A stretch of 64,000 nucleotides of DNA from Rhizophagus irregularis. Taxonomy: Eukaryota. The notes under the pieces are model-generated. The model did no database searches. It had not been told where the DNA came from and worked only from the letters and a program-made list of their open reading frames with translations. The stretch spans positions 744,001 to 808,000 of the forward strand of contig NC_089430.1 of assembly GCF_026210795.1 (NCBI RefSeq), written 5' to 3'. Below, one piece after another: positions 27,301-40,598 of the stretch (the first letter of the stretch is position 1; each line of letters starts with the position of its first letter). The position numbers and the translations under genes were made by a program.

Positions 27301-30300
27301 TAAACATCTTAAAATGACTTTTTCATTTAAATCTCTTGTATAATTTTTATCATCCTGATGCTTTTTGTGTAATGGACCATCCTTCCATATTGCAGAATAT
27401 ATTGTTATCTGGCCATTTTTACCTGTCTCTTTAATTTCATTAAACTGATTGTATGGTATCCACTCAAATACTATATTATTATATTCATTAATTTTTAATT
27501 GCATTTCTTGGATGAAATTATCAACTTTATCATTTCCACTTGTCAATATATAATTATTTTGGACAAGAATATAATCTCCTGTATCTGGGTTTTGAGATAT
27601 TCCATATAATATTTGAAATTTTTCATCTTTTCTTAAATATTTTTTAGCCTAATAAAAGAGATTGTAAATATATTAATTAAAAAAGTATTTAAATATTTGA
27701 AGATATTTCATACCTCATTTATTAAAGAATTAATTGATTGTGAATTATATAAATATTTTAAAGCAACTTTTTTATTTGAATCTCTTGTGTACTCACTATA
27801 CATACTATCTTCTGTGTACTCATTACTACACTCACTATACTGCTGTAGTAATGGGCCATCCTTCCATATTGCAGAATATATTGTCATAAGTCCATTTTTG
27901 CCTGTCTCTTTAATTTCATTAAACTGATTGTATAGTATCCACTCAAATACTATATTATTTAGTTGCATTTCTTTAATGAAATTATCAACATTTTCATTTT
28001 CACTTGTCCATGTATAATTATTTTGAATAAAAATATAATCTCCTGTATCTGGGTTTTGAGACATTCCATATAATATTCGAAATTTTTCATCTTTTGTTAG
28101 ATATTTTTTAGCCTAATAAAAAGAAATTGTAAATATATTAATTAAAAAAGTATTTACCTGAAATATTTGAAGATATTTCATACCTCATTTATTAAAGAAT
28201 CTATGGATTGTAAATTATGTAAACATTTTAAAGCAACTTTTTTATTTGAATCTCTTGTATAATTAGTTTCCCCCAAACTACTCTGCCTGTGTAATAATGG
28301 ACCATCCTTCCATATTGCAGAATATATTGTTATCTGGCTATTTTTACCTGTCTCTTTAATTTCATCAAACCGATTGTATGGTACCCATTCAAATACTATA
28401 TCATTATATTTAATAATTTTTAATTGCATTTCTTGGATGAAATTATCAATTTTTTCGTTCCCACAAATCAAATTTTCCATGTTTATAGTATAATTTTGAA
28501 CAAAAACATAATCTCCTGTATCTGAATTTTGAGATATTCCATACAATACTTGAAATGCATCATATTCTGTTGAATATTTTTTAACCTAATAAATGAAATT
28601 GTAAATAAATATATTAATTAAAAAGTATTTAAATGTTTAAAGAAATTACATACCTCATTTATTAAAGAGTCAATGGATTGTGAATTATGTAAACATTTTA
28701 AAGCAACTTTTTTATTTGAATCTCTTATGTACTCACTATACTGATAATGTAATGGACCATCCTCCCATATTGCAGAATATATTGTTATAATGCCATTTTT
28801 GCTTGTCTCTTTAATTTCATTAAACTGATTGTATGGTATCCATTCAAATACTATATCATTACATTTATTAATTTTTAATTGCATTTCTTGGATGAAATCA
28901 TCAATTTTTTCGTTTCCACTAATCCTATTTGTCATGTTTATAGTATAACTTTGAACTAAAATATAATCTCCTGTACTTTGATTTTGAGATATTCCATACA
29001 ATACTTGAAACGCACCATATTTTGTTGAATATTTTTTAGCCTATTATAAATAAAAAGGTTTGTAAATATATTAACTAAAAAAAATATTTAGATATTTGAA
29101 GAAATTTCATACCTCATTTTTTAAAGAATCAATTGCTTGTGAATTATGTAAATATTTTAAAGCAACTTTTTCATTTGAATCTCTAGCATATTTGCATTCC
29201 TGATGCTTTTTGTGTAATGGACCATCCTTCCATATTGCAGAATATATTGTTATAAGGTCATTTTTGCCTATCTCTTTAATTTCATTAAACTGATAGTATT
29301 GTATCCATTCAAATACTATATCATCATAATCATTAATTTTTAATTGCATTTCTTGGATGAATTCATCAATTTTTTCATTTCCACTAATCCAATTTGCCAT
29401 GTTTATAGTATAACTTTGAACAAAAACATAATCACCTGTATCTGAATTTTGAGATATTCCATACAATAATTGAAATACTTCATGTTTTGTTGAATATTTT
29501 TTAGCCTAATAAAAGAAATTGTAAATAAATATATTAATTAAGAAGTATTTAAATATTTAAAGAAATTACATACCTCATTTATTAAAGAATCAATGGATTC
29601 TTGTAAATTATGTAAACATTTTAAAGCAACTTTTTTATTTGAATCTCTTGTGTACTCACTATATATACTATCTACTGTATACTCATCACTATACTCACTA
29701 TATATATATACTATCTCCTGTGTACTTATTACTATACTTACTATACTGTAATGGACCAACCTTCCATATTGCAGAATACATTGTTATAAGGCCATTTTTG
29801 CCTGTCTTTTTAATTTCATTAAACTGATTGTATGGTATCCATTCAAATACTATATCATCACAATCATTAATTTTTAATTGCATTTCTTGGATGAAATCAT
29901 CAATTTTTTCGTTTCCACTAATCCAATTTGCCATGTTTATAGTATAATTTTGAACAAAAACATAATCTCCTGTATCTGAATTTTGGGATATTCCATATAA
30001 TAATTGAAATACTTTATTTTTTGTTGAATATTTTTTAGCCTAATAAAAGAATTGTAAATAAATATATTAATTAAAAAGTATTTAAATATTTAAAGAAATT
30101 AAATACCTTATTTATTAAAGAGTCAATGGATTCTTGTGAATTATGTAAACATTTTAAAGCAACTTTTTTATTTGAATCTCTTATATAACTACTATGACAA
30201 TACTTCTTGTATAGTGGACCATCCTTCCATATTGCAGAATATACTGTTATCTGGCCATTTTTGCCTGTTTCTTTAATTTCATTAAACTGATTGTATGGTA

Positions 30301-33300
30301 TCCATTCAAGCACTATATCATCACAATCATTAATTTTTAATTGCATTTCTTGGATGAAATCATCAATTTTTTCGTTTCCACTAATCCAATTTGCCATGTT
30401 TATAGTATAATTTTGAACCAAAATATAATCTCCTGTATCTTGATTTTGAGATATTCCATACAATACTTGAAATAATCCATTGTCTGTTAAATATTTTTTG
30501 ACCTAAATATAAATAAAAGTGATTGTAAATATATTAATTAAAAAAGTATTCAAATAGTTGAAAAAATCTCATACCTCATTTATTAAAGAATCAATGGATT
30601 TTTGTGAATTATGTAAACATTTTAAAGCAACTTTTTTATTAGAATCTCTTGTATAATTTTTATCATCCTGATGCTTTTTGTGTAATGGACCATCCTTCCA
30701 TATTGCAGAATATAAAGTTATAAGGCCATTTTTGCCTGTTTCTATAATTTCATTAAACTGATTGTATGGTATCCATTCAAGCACTATATCATTATATTTA
30801 TTAATTTTTAATTGCATTTCTTGGATGAAATCATCAATTTTTTTTATTTCCACTTGTCAATATATAATTATTTTGAACAAAAATATAATCTTGTGTATCA
30901 GGATTTTGAGATATTCCATATAATATTTGAAATTTTTCATCTTTTGTTAGATATTTTTTAACCTAATAAAAGAGATTGTAAATATATTATTAAAAAAGTA
31001 TTTAAATATTTGAAGTTATTTTATACCTCATTTATCAAAGAATCTATGGATTGTAAATTATGTAAACATTTCAAAGCAACTTTTTTATTTGAATCTCTTG
31101 TATAATTTGTTTCCTTATAATTCGCCACTAATGGACCATCCTTCCATATTGCAGAATATACTGTTATAAGGCCATTTTTGCCTGTCTCTTTAATTTCATT
31201 AAACTGATTGTATGGTATCCATTCAAATACTATATTATTATATTTATTAATTTTTAATTGCATTTCTTGGATGAAATTATCAACCTTTTCATTTTCACTT
31301 GTCCATATATAATTATTTTGAGCAAGAATATAATCTCTTGTATCTGGGTTTTGAGATATTCCATATAATATTTGAAATTTTAGATATTTTTTAGCCTAAT
31401 AAAAAGAGATTGTAAATATATTATTAAAAAAGTATTTAAATATTTGAAGTTATTTCATACCTCATTTTTCAAAGAATCTATGGATTGTAAATTATGTAAA
31501 CATTTTAAAGCAACTTTTTTATTTGAATCTCTTATGTATTCACTATACTGATAATGTAATGGACCATCCTTCCATATTGCAGAATATATTGTTATCTGGC
31601 CATTTTTGCCTGTCTCTTTAATTTCATTAAACTGATTGTATGGTATCCATTCAAATACTATATCATTATATTTATTAATTTTTAATTGCATTTCTTTAAT
31701 AAAATTATCAATCTTTTCATTTTTACTTGTCCATATATAATTATTTTGAACAAGAATATAATCTCCTGTATCTTGATTTTGAGATATTCCATATAATGTT
31801 TGAAAATTTTCATCTTTTGTTAGATATTTTTTAGCCTAATGAAAAGAGATTGTAAATATATTAATTAAAAAAGTATTTAAATATTTGAAGTTTTTTCATA
31901 CCTCATTTATTAAGGAATCTATGGATTGTAAATTATGTAAACATTTTAAAGCAACTTCTTTATATGAATCTCTTGTATAAATTCCATCCCAACTCCTTGA
32001 GTTTGATAATGGACCATCCTTCCATATTGCAGAATATACTGTTATCTGGCCATTTTTGCCTGTCTCTTTAATTTCATTAAACTGATTGTATGGTATCCAT
32101 TCAAATACTATATCATTATATTTATTAATTTTTAATTGCATTTCTTGGATGAAATTATCAACCTTTTCATTTTCACTTATCCATATACAATTATTTTGAA
32201 CAAGAATATAATCTCCTGTAATTGGGTTTTGAGATATTCCATATAATATTTGAAAATTTTCATCTTTTGTTAGATATTTTTTAGCCTAATAAAAAGAGAT
32301 TGTAAATATATTAATTAAAAAAGTATTTAAATATTTGAAGTTTTTTCATACCTCATTTATTAAGGAATCTATGGATTGTAAATTATGTAAACATTTTAAA
32401 GCAACTTCTTTATATGAATCTCTTGTATAAATTCCCTCCCAACTCCTTGAGTTTGATAATGGACCATCCTTCCATATTGCAGAATATACTGTTATCTGGC
32501 CATTTTTGCCTATTTCTTTAATTTCATTAAACTGATTGTATGGTATCCATTCAAATACTATATTATCACAATTATTAATTTTTAGTTGCATTTCTTGGAT
32601 GAAATCATCAATGTTTTTGTTTCCACTAATCCAATTTGTCATGTTTATAGTATAACTTTGAACTAAAATATAATCTCCTGTACTTTGATTTTGAGATATT
32701 CCATACAATACTTGAAACACACCATATTTTGTTGAATATTTTTTAGCCTATTATAAATAAAAAAGTTTTAAATATATTAACTAAAAAAAATATTTAAATA
32801 TTTGAAGAAATTCATACCTCATTTATTAAAGAATCAATTGATTGTGAATTATGTAAACATTTTAAAGCAACTTTTTTATTTGAATCTCTTGTGTACTCAT
32901 TATACTCACTATCACTTTTGTAATCATACAGATACTCTTTGTGTAATGGACCATCCTCCCATATTGCAGAATATATTGTTATAAGGTCATTTTTGCTTGT
33001 CTCTTTAATTTCATTAAACTGATTGTATGGTATCCATTCAAATACTATATCATTATATTTATTAATTTTAATTGCCTCTCTTGAATGAAATTATCAATTT
33101 TTTCATTTCCACTTGTCCACATATAATTGTTTTGAACCAAAATATAATTTCCTGTATCTGAATTTTTAGATATTCCATACAATACTTGAAATGCATTATA
33201 TTTTGTTGAATATCTTTTAGCCTAAATAATAAAAAAGGTTGTAAATATATTAACTAAAAAAAATATTTAAATATTTGAAGAAATTTCATACCTCATTTAT

Positions 33301-33645
33301 TAAAGAATCAATTGATTGTGAATTATGTAAACATTTTAAAGCAACTTTTTTATTTGAACCTCTTGTCTAATTTTTATCATATTGATGCTTTTTGTGTAAT
33401 GGACCATCCTCCCATATTGCAGAATATATTGTTATAAGGCCATTTTTGCCTGTCTCTTTAATTTCATTAAACTGATTGTATGGTATCCATTCAAATACTA
33501 TCATATTATCAGAATCATTAATTTTAAGTTGCCTTTCTTGTATGAAATCATCAATTTTTTTATTTTCACTGGCCCGATTGATTTCTAAATATTCCTGAAT
33601 ATTATTTTCTGTCAAGAGTATTTTTTGAGAAAACATTGTTTTCAA
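21351..33645 (-). CDS. Giant tandem kinase-N-lobe repeat (pseudo)kinase locus: 24 degenerate N-lobe exons, 1 canonical N-lobe exon and 1 C-lobe exon; partly disrupted
   Basis: 25 recurring donors after ..INE|GT (~22268, 22717, 23184 ... 32817, 33291) and acceptors AG|GCTAAAAAATAT, with ~420-530 bp periodicity. Module: YGISQxxxTGDYILV..WISGNEKIDDFIQEMQLKIN..EWIPYNQFNEIKETGKNGLITIYSAIWKDGPL-[variable]-YTRDSNKKVALKxLHNSQSIDSLINE. The last N-lobe exon (22643-22269) has GEGGFATVY; the terminal exon (22187-21351) has DMG, APE and SDIYSFG. True start codon uncertain. Confidence 0.9.
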
Positions 33646-35287
33646 AAGTTCAAAATTTTTTCCAAATAAAAATCTTATTTATAATAAACTTTGTAATGTA
33701 CAAGTAACAGGTAACACAAAAATCTGCATAAATTACTTATATAAGCATTATGTAATAAGGCTTGTTAGTAAAATTTCAATGTCGATCATATCAAAATTTA
33801 CTTGAAAAAATTTTTATCTTTATACAAATTCTTTTTAAATATTTAGGTAATAAATACACAATTTGCATTGAGGACACTCAAAAAATATTAAAATAGGTAA
33901 GGTCTAGCCAAAAAAAAATTACAGTATTAGTGTCAGGCAGCTACTAGAACAGGAAATAAAACTCTGGCCAGCATTATCGAAAATTGTCCAAAAAAGAAAG
34001 ATATACATGATTATTTGGCCTATTTAAATTCAAAATTCAATTATTTTGTTGTCAAAGTGGCTAAAATTGTTAAAAAAAAAAAAAATTTTTTGTTAAGTTC
34101 TTATCAATACGATTATTAGTTTAGAATTCAAAGACTTCATGTACCTCCCAGCCGTTCTCCTTTTTTAATAATAGAAAATGGGTCTCGTATAATCTGATTA
34201 CATTATAATGAAAGTATTACCAATAATGTTTATTATTTTTAATACTATATTATAAATTTGTACATCAATGATTAGAATATTTTGAATATTTTGAATTTTA
34301 TAATTTTATGGTATCAATTCTCGCATGAGAGTATTGGTAACAAGCAGGAGAAAAGATTTGAAATGTAATATTAAAGATGCATAATTCTTTACATCATACT
34401 TGATACTTCTCCAAATCTCCAATAAATGGTTTATTACGATAAGAATAACAATTTTGATTAGGCATTTATTTATGAAATTGTACTTTACGATTTGTTACTC
34501 TTTTAACCCCTTTTATTCATTTTTATGAGAGTTTTTATTGAGATTTTATTTCAAATAGATAATCGTAAATGACTTTTTCATCCTTGTAAACAAACTATCA
34601 TCGAATATGATCCAATGATCATCCGTAAATCATTTAGACATTTACGTTATTCAAGTTGGTACCTCTTTTAATTTAAAATCAAATGTTGAACATGTAAAAA
34701 TGCGAATTATATGTCATTGTATTTTTTTGTAGCCATATGGCGACCTACCGAAAAGAGTTTTATTTAAATGTCAACTTGAAATATAAAGAATGTGATGTTA
34801 ATCTGAGTGGTGTAAATTATATAAGATACACTGTTTCAAAAGAAATTATACAAACTGGTGTAGAAATTAAAAAGTTTCATAATTTGATAAAACTCATCAT
34901 TTATTTTTTCAATTTTATCCATTCAAATACATTATTACTTAATATATATCAAGTATATGAAAGGATGGTTCATTATACTAGTTTATTGGTGAATCCGTGA
35001 ATGTACTGATAAGGTATGAAATTCCTTTTCGATTTATAATGTGATATGTGCGGCTGAAAAAATATGTTGTACAGACTATTCCAATTTTGAATTAGTGATC
35101 TGCTGGATCTACAAATTATATTTTTCATATGCACGAATAGTTACACTTTATTAATTTGTATTCAAGAAAAATAAATTTTAAACTTCCGGTTTACTCTTTC
35201 TTTTTTTTGTCCAAACTTTCATTTCATTTTATATATCAAATATTATTTAAATAACTATTATATAATTTTATATAATATTTATATAAT

Positions 35288-36929
35288 ATGAATTATACTA
35301 AACTTAATACAAAATATAAATTTAAAGCTCTTGTTTCAAAAGATTTAAGAGATGAAATTGAAGAAAAGGGAGTATGTTCTAATTGTAAGAGTCCAAATAC
35401 TGGAGAAGACTGGTGTAATAAATGTGATCCAGGACGTTTTTTAAGAGAAGGAAAATCAAGTGGAGATCCTGAATTAGATAAATTAATTTATGAATCACAA
35501 CTTCAAACAAATAATTATTATCATAATTTAGAATGGATACCTTATGATAGGTTTCAAGATATTAAACCTATTGGTAAAGGAGGCTATGCTATTGTTTATT
35601 CAGCTACTTGGTTGGATGGAGAACCTAATGAACTCCATAGAGAACGTACTGGTCCTATTACAGTTGCACTTAAAAAATTTAAGAGCTCATTAAATATCAT
35701 GGAAGCTCTTACTAATGAGGTGAATAAAATTTTTTTTTGGTTAATTATTATTTGAAGTTATTACTAATAAATATTTTTTACTTAGGTTAAAATACATAAT
35801 GAATGTAATACTGGTAGCACTAGATTATACGGTATAACAAGAGGTCCACGATCAAAAGAACCTATAATGGTTTTAGCATATGCTAAACATGGAAATTTAA
35901 GAAATTATTTAAAAGAAAAATTTTCTACTTTAAAATGGGAACACAAATTAAATATATTATCTTTTGTTACATTAAATCTTCAAGTTATTCATGGATCAGG
36001 ATGTATTCATAAAGATTTACATAGTGGAAACATACTCATTGGTTTTAATGATCCAACGTTTAATTTTGGCGAATCTTTAAACTCTAAATTGAGTAGTCTT
36101 GGTTTAAACCTTAATGATGATGAATTTCCTGACACAAAAATTACTGATTTTGGGCTTTCACAATTCATAAATAATTCTAAAACTTCAGATTCTACAAATG
36201 TATGTGGAATACTTCCTTATGTAGCACCTGAGATCTTGGAAGGAGAACCTTATACAGAAGCAAGTGATATTTATAGCTTAGGGATTATTATGACAGAATT
36301 AACTACAGGAAAACCGCCTTATGGAACTGTACCTCATAATGATGATCTTACACTTGCAATTTGCAGTGGTTTAAGACCAAGAGTTGCTAAAGGAACACCT
36401 AAACGTTATATTGATTTAGTAAACCAGTGTCTTGATGCAGAACCACAAGAAAGACCTTCTAGTATTGAATTATATAGAATATTTGAAAATTGGAAATTAA
36501 AATTAGAAGATAAAAAACCATCAAAAATCTTTGACGAATTTTCTGAGGCAGATAAAATTATCTTAGAATCACCTGCTGAAATAACATTACATGATGGAGC
36601 AATTTATATTAGTCGTAATATGAGATTTCCTAATAATCTCCCTAAATCAGTAAATTCCCAAAGAGTTCAATTTGAAGATAATAATGGTGAATATTATCTT
36701 ATTTAATATATATATAATATATAATTACTGTGTAGTTACATAATTTTCATTTTATAGTTTCGGATTCTGATTTAATTAACCGCATGCTTGTTATTGCTAT
36801 TCAAGAACAGAGTCAAGGTATTTTTTTATTTGAATGTTATTATGTTTAATAAAATATAATTAAATTAACTAAAGCTTTTTTTTTATTGTGTAAGATGACG
36901 ATATGAAAATTGAAGTACTGAAAGATTAA
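35288..36929 (+). CDS. TKL-family Ser/Thr protein kinase with N-terminal CxxC..WCxxC motif (4 exons)
   Basis: Exons 35288-35719, 35786-36686, 36758-36817, 36895-36929. Motifs GKGGYA, VALKK, HKDLHSGN, DFG, APE, SDIYSLG. Confidence 0.92.
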
Positions 36930-39267
36930 TAATAACTAAACATTGTGAAATTAATGTTATTCTAACTTTTTTATTTTAATATAAATAAAAATTGACACAT
37001 TTAGACAACATATTTTGATACATTATTAATTTACTATTGTATCACCTTTTATCAAGTATTACGAAGTTTTGTATATTTGTTATTTAGTGATTCAATAGAA
37101 CGATTTATCATTTCTCATTTTTCAATAATTATTATATCTTAATAATTATGATAAAATTTAAGAACTTAGGGAAATCGTTAACGTCAATCCTTATAATTGA
37201 TGATGAGTTTAAATTTATTATTAGCAGTGTTAAGAGTTAGCTGTATTATTTCTAAAATTTAGGTTCTATGATTTTTGATTTTGTAATTAATTATATAGTA
37301 CAAAAGCCAGATAAATATAAATTAAGTACAATAGTGACCTTTTCAATTATGTTAAATAGTAATAAAATTTTGGTAAATGGAATTTAATATTTCAAAATTT
37401 ATAAAAAAATTCCAATTTACCCGCTCTCATCTTAGTATATATTAGTTATTGGGTAGGCATACACAATAATAACTGTGTTATTATGTAGACGTCCAGGATC
37501 ATGTTTAGTCTATATAAAAAGTATAATAAACAATAGGTATTTTACCTATAAAAATTAATGTGTAGTATTTAATCTAAATGACGTAATGCGTCAAAAATAT
37601 CAAAGATATTACGCAGTAATAATTTATCTAAAAAAATATCAAGTATGTTATGAAAGGACAATTTCAAAGATAATTTTCAAAGAAAACGTGAGAAGACCAT
37701 TGAATATTTTGCTTATAAAAAAAAGAATGCGATTCAAGAAAGTTTAAAAAATGAAAGAGAAATTATTAATAAATCAATTATCTCAAACGGATAATTATTA
37801 TATTAACATTCCTCCTTTTTATTCCGCGGTCCATGAAATACCTGGTCCTATATTCGGTGGAAACATTTGCTTGTCCAAAATTAATTGATGGAGTGAGTTA
37901 TCCACTCCAAATTCACTCAAAAACGTTTAACTCTTTTAATACAATAAATAGTCTCCTTTTCGTCTAAAGTTTTTTGGCAATAAATAAGTTAATACACTTT
38001 TCATAACACACGCTAAAACAGGTTTCGAGCATGATTTACTTGATCAAAATAATATTAAGACTATCAAATCTAACCGCTGTATGAATAATGGGCGAAATTT
38101 TGTCAAAAATACGATATTAAATAATCGTTAAAATCGTGAATGTATATGTGGAAAAATCTTAATATTAATATAATTCTTTGAATCTTTTAATAATTTACCG
38201 TATATTCAACTTACATTATACCAAGAATTTTTTGTAAGAAAAATCTTAATTTAAATTCCAAACAATTTCTCGTTACTTACAGAAAGTAAAGTTTAACATT
38301 TTTCTATTTAATAACTTAGCTTGTTCCCATGATTGCCAAACTATAAATGGTTTTTAATACTTTATTAATTTAAGCGTTCTTTATTTTTAATTTAAAATTT
38401 TAATTTTTATACCCATGTGTGTGCGTAGCATAGCTCAAATTTTTTTTTTCTTTTTTTTGTCCTTTTCCCGTTAAAGTTGCGTAAAACTGTGACATAACAA
38501 AACATACTTCAGAAAATTTTTTATACGATTTATTATTAAAAAATAAGGGTAGTGTAATTTATTAATTATTTACATATAATACGTGCAAAAAAAAAAATTA
38601 CATAATAAAATAAATAAAATAAAATAAAATAAAATAGAATAAAATAAATAAAATAGAATAAACAAAATTTAAAAAATAGAATAAAATAAATAAAATAAAA
38701 TAAACAAATTTTAATAATTACGAAGTCATAAGTTATATAAAAAAAAATGCTGTATTTTACTTCGAAAAATTAAATATGTATTTAATCGAGTATATCGACG
38801 ATAAATTAATGAATGTAAGGTGGTGTAAGAATATGATATTGTCTATTAATATAATTCTAAGTTAAATCGTTTGCGGTATAACGACTTTATCGCTACGCCG
38901 TAAATTTTGATTTAATCGTTCAAACTTATTGTATAATCATTTGCTTTATTTGGAATTTGATGCGTCACCCTTTTGTCAAGCACAGCTCGCCATATCAAAC
39001 TGCTACTATTATTTGCTTTATTTGAAATTTGATCGTTCAAACTGCTACGAATATTTGCTATATCTGGAATTTTCCCTGAGGTATAAGGTGGCAACAGGTC
39101 AAGGAGGACGAAAATTAAATATAATACTTGTATTATTTGCGAGATCATATTTTAAGAAGAAATTACAAAAGGTTTGTGTTTTAAGAACAATAAAATTGAC
39201 AAGAGATGCTTTTTTGAAAAAGAAATTACAAAAAGTTTTGTAATTAAGTAGTTTTTTCTTTTAATTA

Positions 39268-39543
39268 GGCTGTTCCAATTTAATTGTTTGTTTAACGTTC
39301 AGGCCTTTTGAAAAAATTAAGGGGGAGGGGGTTTTAAGTTAAACAAACTAAATAAAAAAACATAAGAAATTTTGAAAATTTCAGGCAAAATTTAAAGGGA
39401 ATATTTATCACTATATGTTTATTAGCCTAAAAATTTTTTCAAAAATAGAGAGGGTATTTATTAATGTGTTTATTAGATCTCAAATTTTTTAAAAAATAGA
39501 GGAGGATGAGGGACATTAAACAAATAATCAAGTTGGAACAGCC
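39268..39543. mobile_element. PIF/Harbinger (Tourist-like) MITE
   Basis: TIR GGCTGTTCCAA...TTGGAACAGCC, extending imperfectly to ~30 bp, flanked by a 3-bp TTA duplication (39265-39267 and 39544-39546). Confidence 0.85.
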
Positions 39544-39980
39544 TTATTTATATTTTATTCATTTCATGCCAAGAATTTCTGGGTTGAATACTAGATAGAA
39601 TAATAATATTGCATAAAGTCAATAGTATAACAGTAAATAAACCGAATTTTCAGACCTTGTTAGTAAAAGACAAAAAAAAAAAGATAATAATAATAAAATT
39701 TTTTCTTTCATAGAAATCTATTGAATGTGCGTTAAAATTTTGTTTATTACCTGTTGATAAGCATCACTTCCTTTTTGAATGATTCCCGGAATTACGTGCC
39801 ACTTTTTCTTTGTTAATTTTCCATTAGTCACATTTATCCTTTGTGTTCTTAGTATGTAACACGAATCTATAATTTGTATTGTGTTCCTAGTACAGTATGT
39901 AACACAATGTAGTGATCAAAGTTTCTAATATAATTAATTGTTTTTTCCTTCTATAACTGAAACGAATCGTCTTTATAAAA

Positions 39981-40598
39981 CCTTTTAGGGAAGAATCGGA
40001 TATGGGAACTTCTGAGAGGGGTGTTTAACGATAATTTCAACAAAATAACCAATAAAAAAGAAGAAAGAATTATAATTAAAGAATTATGGAACTTTACTTA
40101 TGAAGAACTTAGATCAAGAATTTGGATACCACGTTGCGAGGAAATATCACGTTTAGAGAAAATTGAAGGTATACAAAAGCAGGATCTAAAGAAAAAAAGG
40201 AAAATGATAAAGATAACGGGAATAAAAAAGGAAAAATTAGAAAAACAAATGAAAAAGATAAAAGAATTAAAAAAAATAATAATAAAAATATTAACATAGT
40301 AACGAGAGATAGAATGATTAGAGCTTTAACAGAAGGAGCAAGCAAAGGTTTGGCCTGGGATCTAACACTGAAAACTTTTGATTTTAAAATATAATATAAT
40401 TTTTTTTAGTTTAAGTTTAAACTATCTATTCTAAACTATATCTATCTAAGTGCTATGTTTAATATCGTTAAACTAAAAATGTAAATTCTAGTTATAGGGT
40501 TTAGTATTTCGATACTAGGCTCTAAGTATTTTAAATTAATTATGTAAATTTTAATATTTAAAATAATTAATAAAATGCGTTACTATTAAAAAAAAAAA
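39981..40598 (+). mobile_element. 5'-truncated non-LTR retrotransposon (LINE) 3' end
   Basis: 16-bp TSD AATCGTCTTTATAAAA at 39965-39980 and 40599-40614, AATAAA at ~40569 and a poly(A) tail. Residual ORF end (..KELWNFTYEELRSRIWIPRCEEISRLEK..). Confidence 0.88.

Noticed and set aside
21351..33645. About 25 separate small kinase-like genes, as suggested by the ORF track
   Set aside because: Consistent GT/AG sites and ~65-85 bp introns show they are exons of one locus.
38860..39243. ORFs of 78 and 104 aa over short degenerate repeats (with a related motif at ~42420)
   Set aside because: Repeat-derived, with no protein motif and no definable element boundaries.
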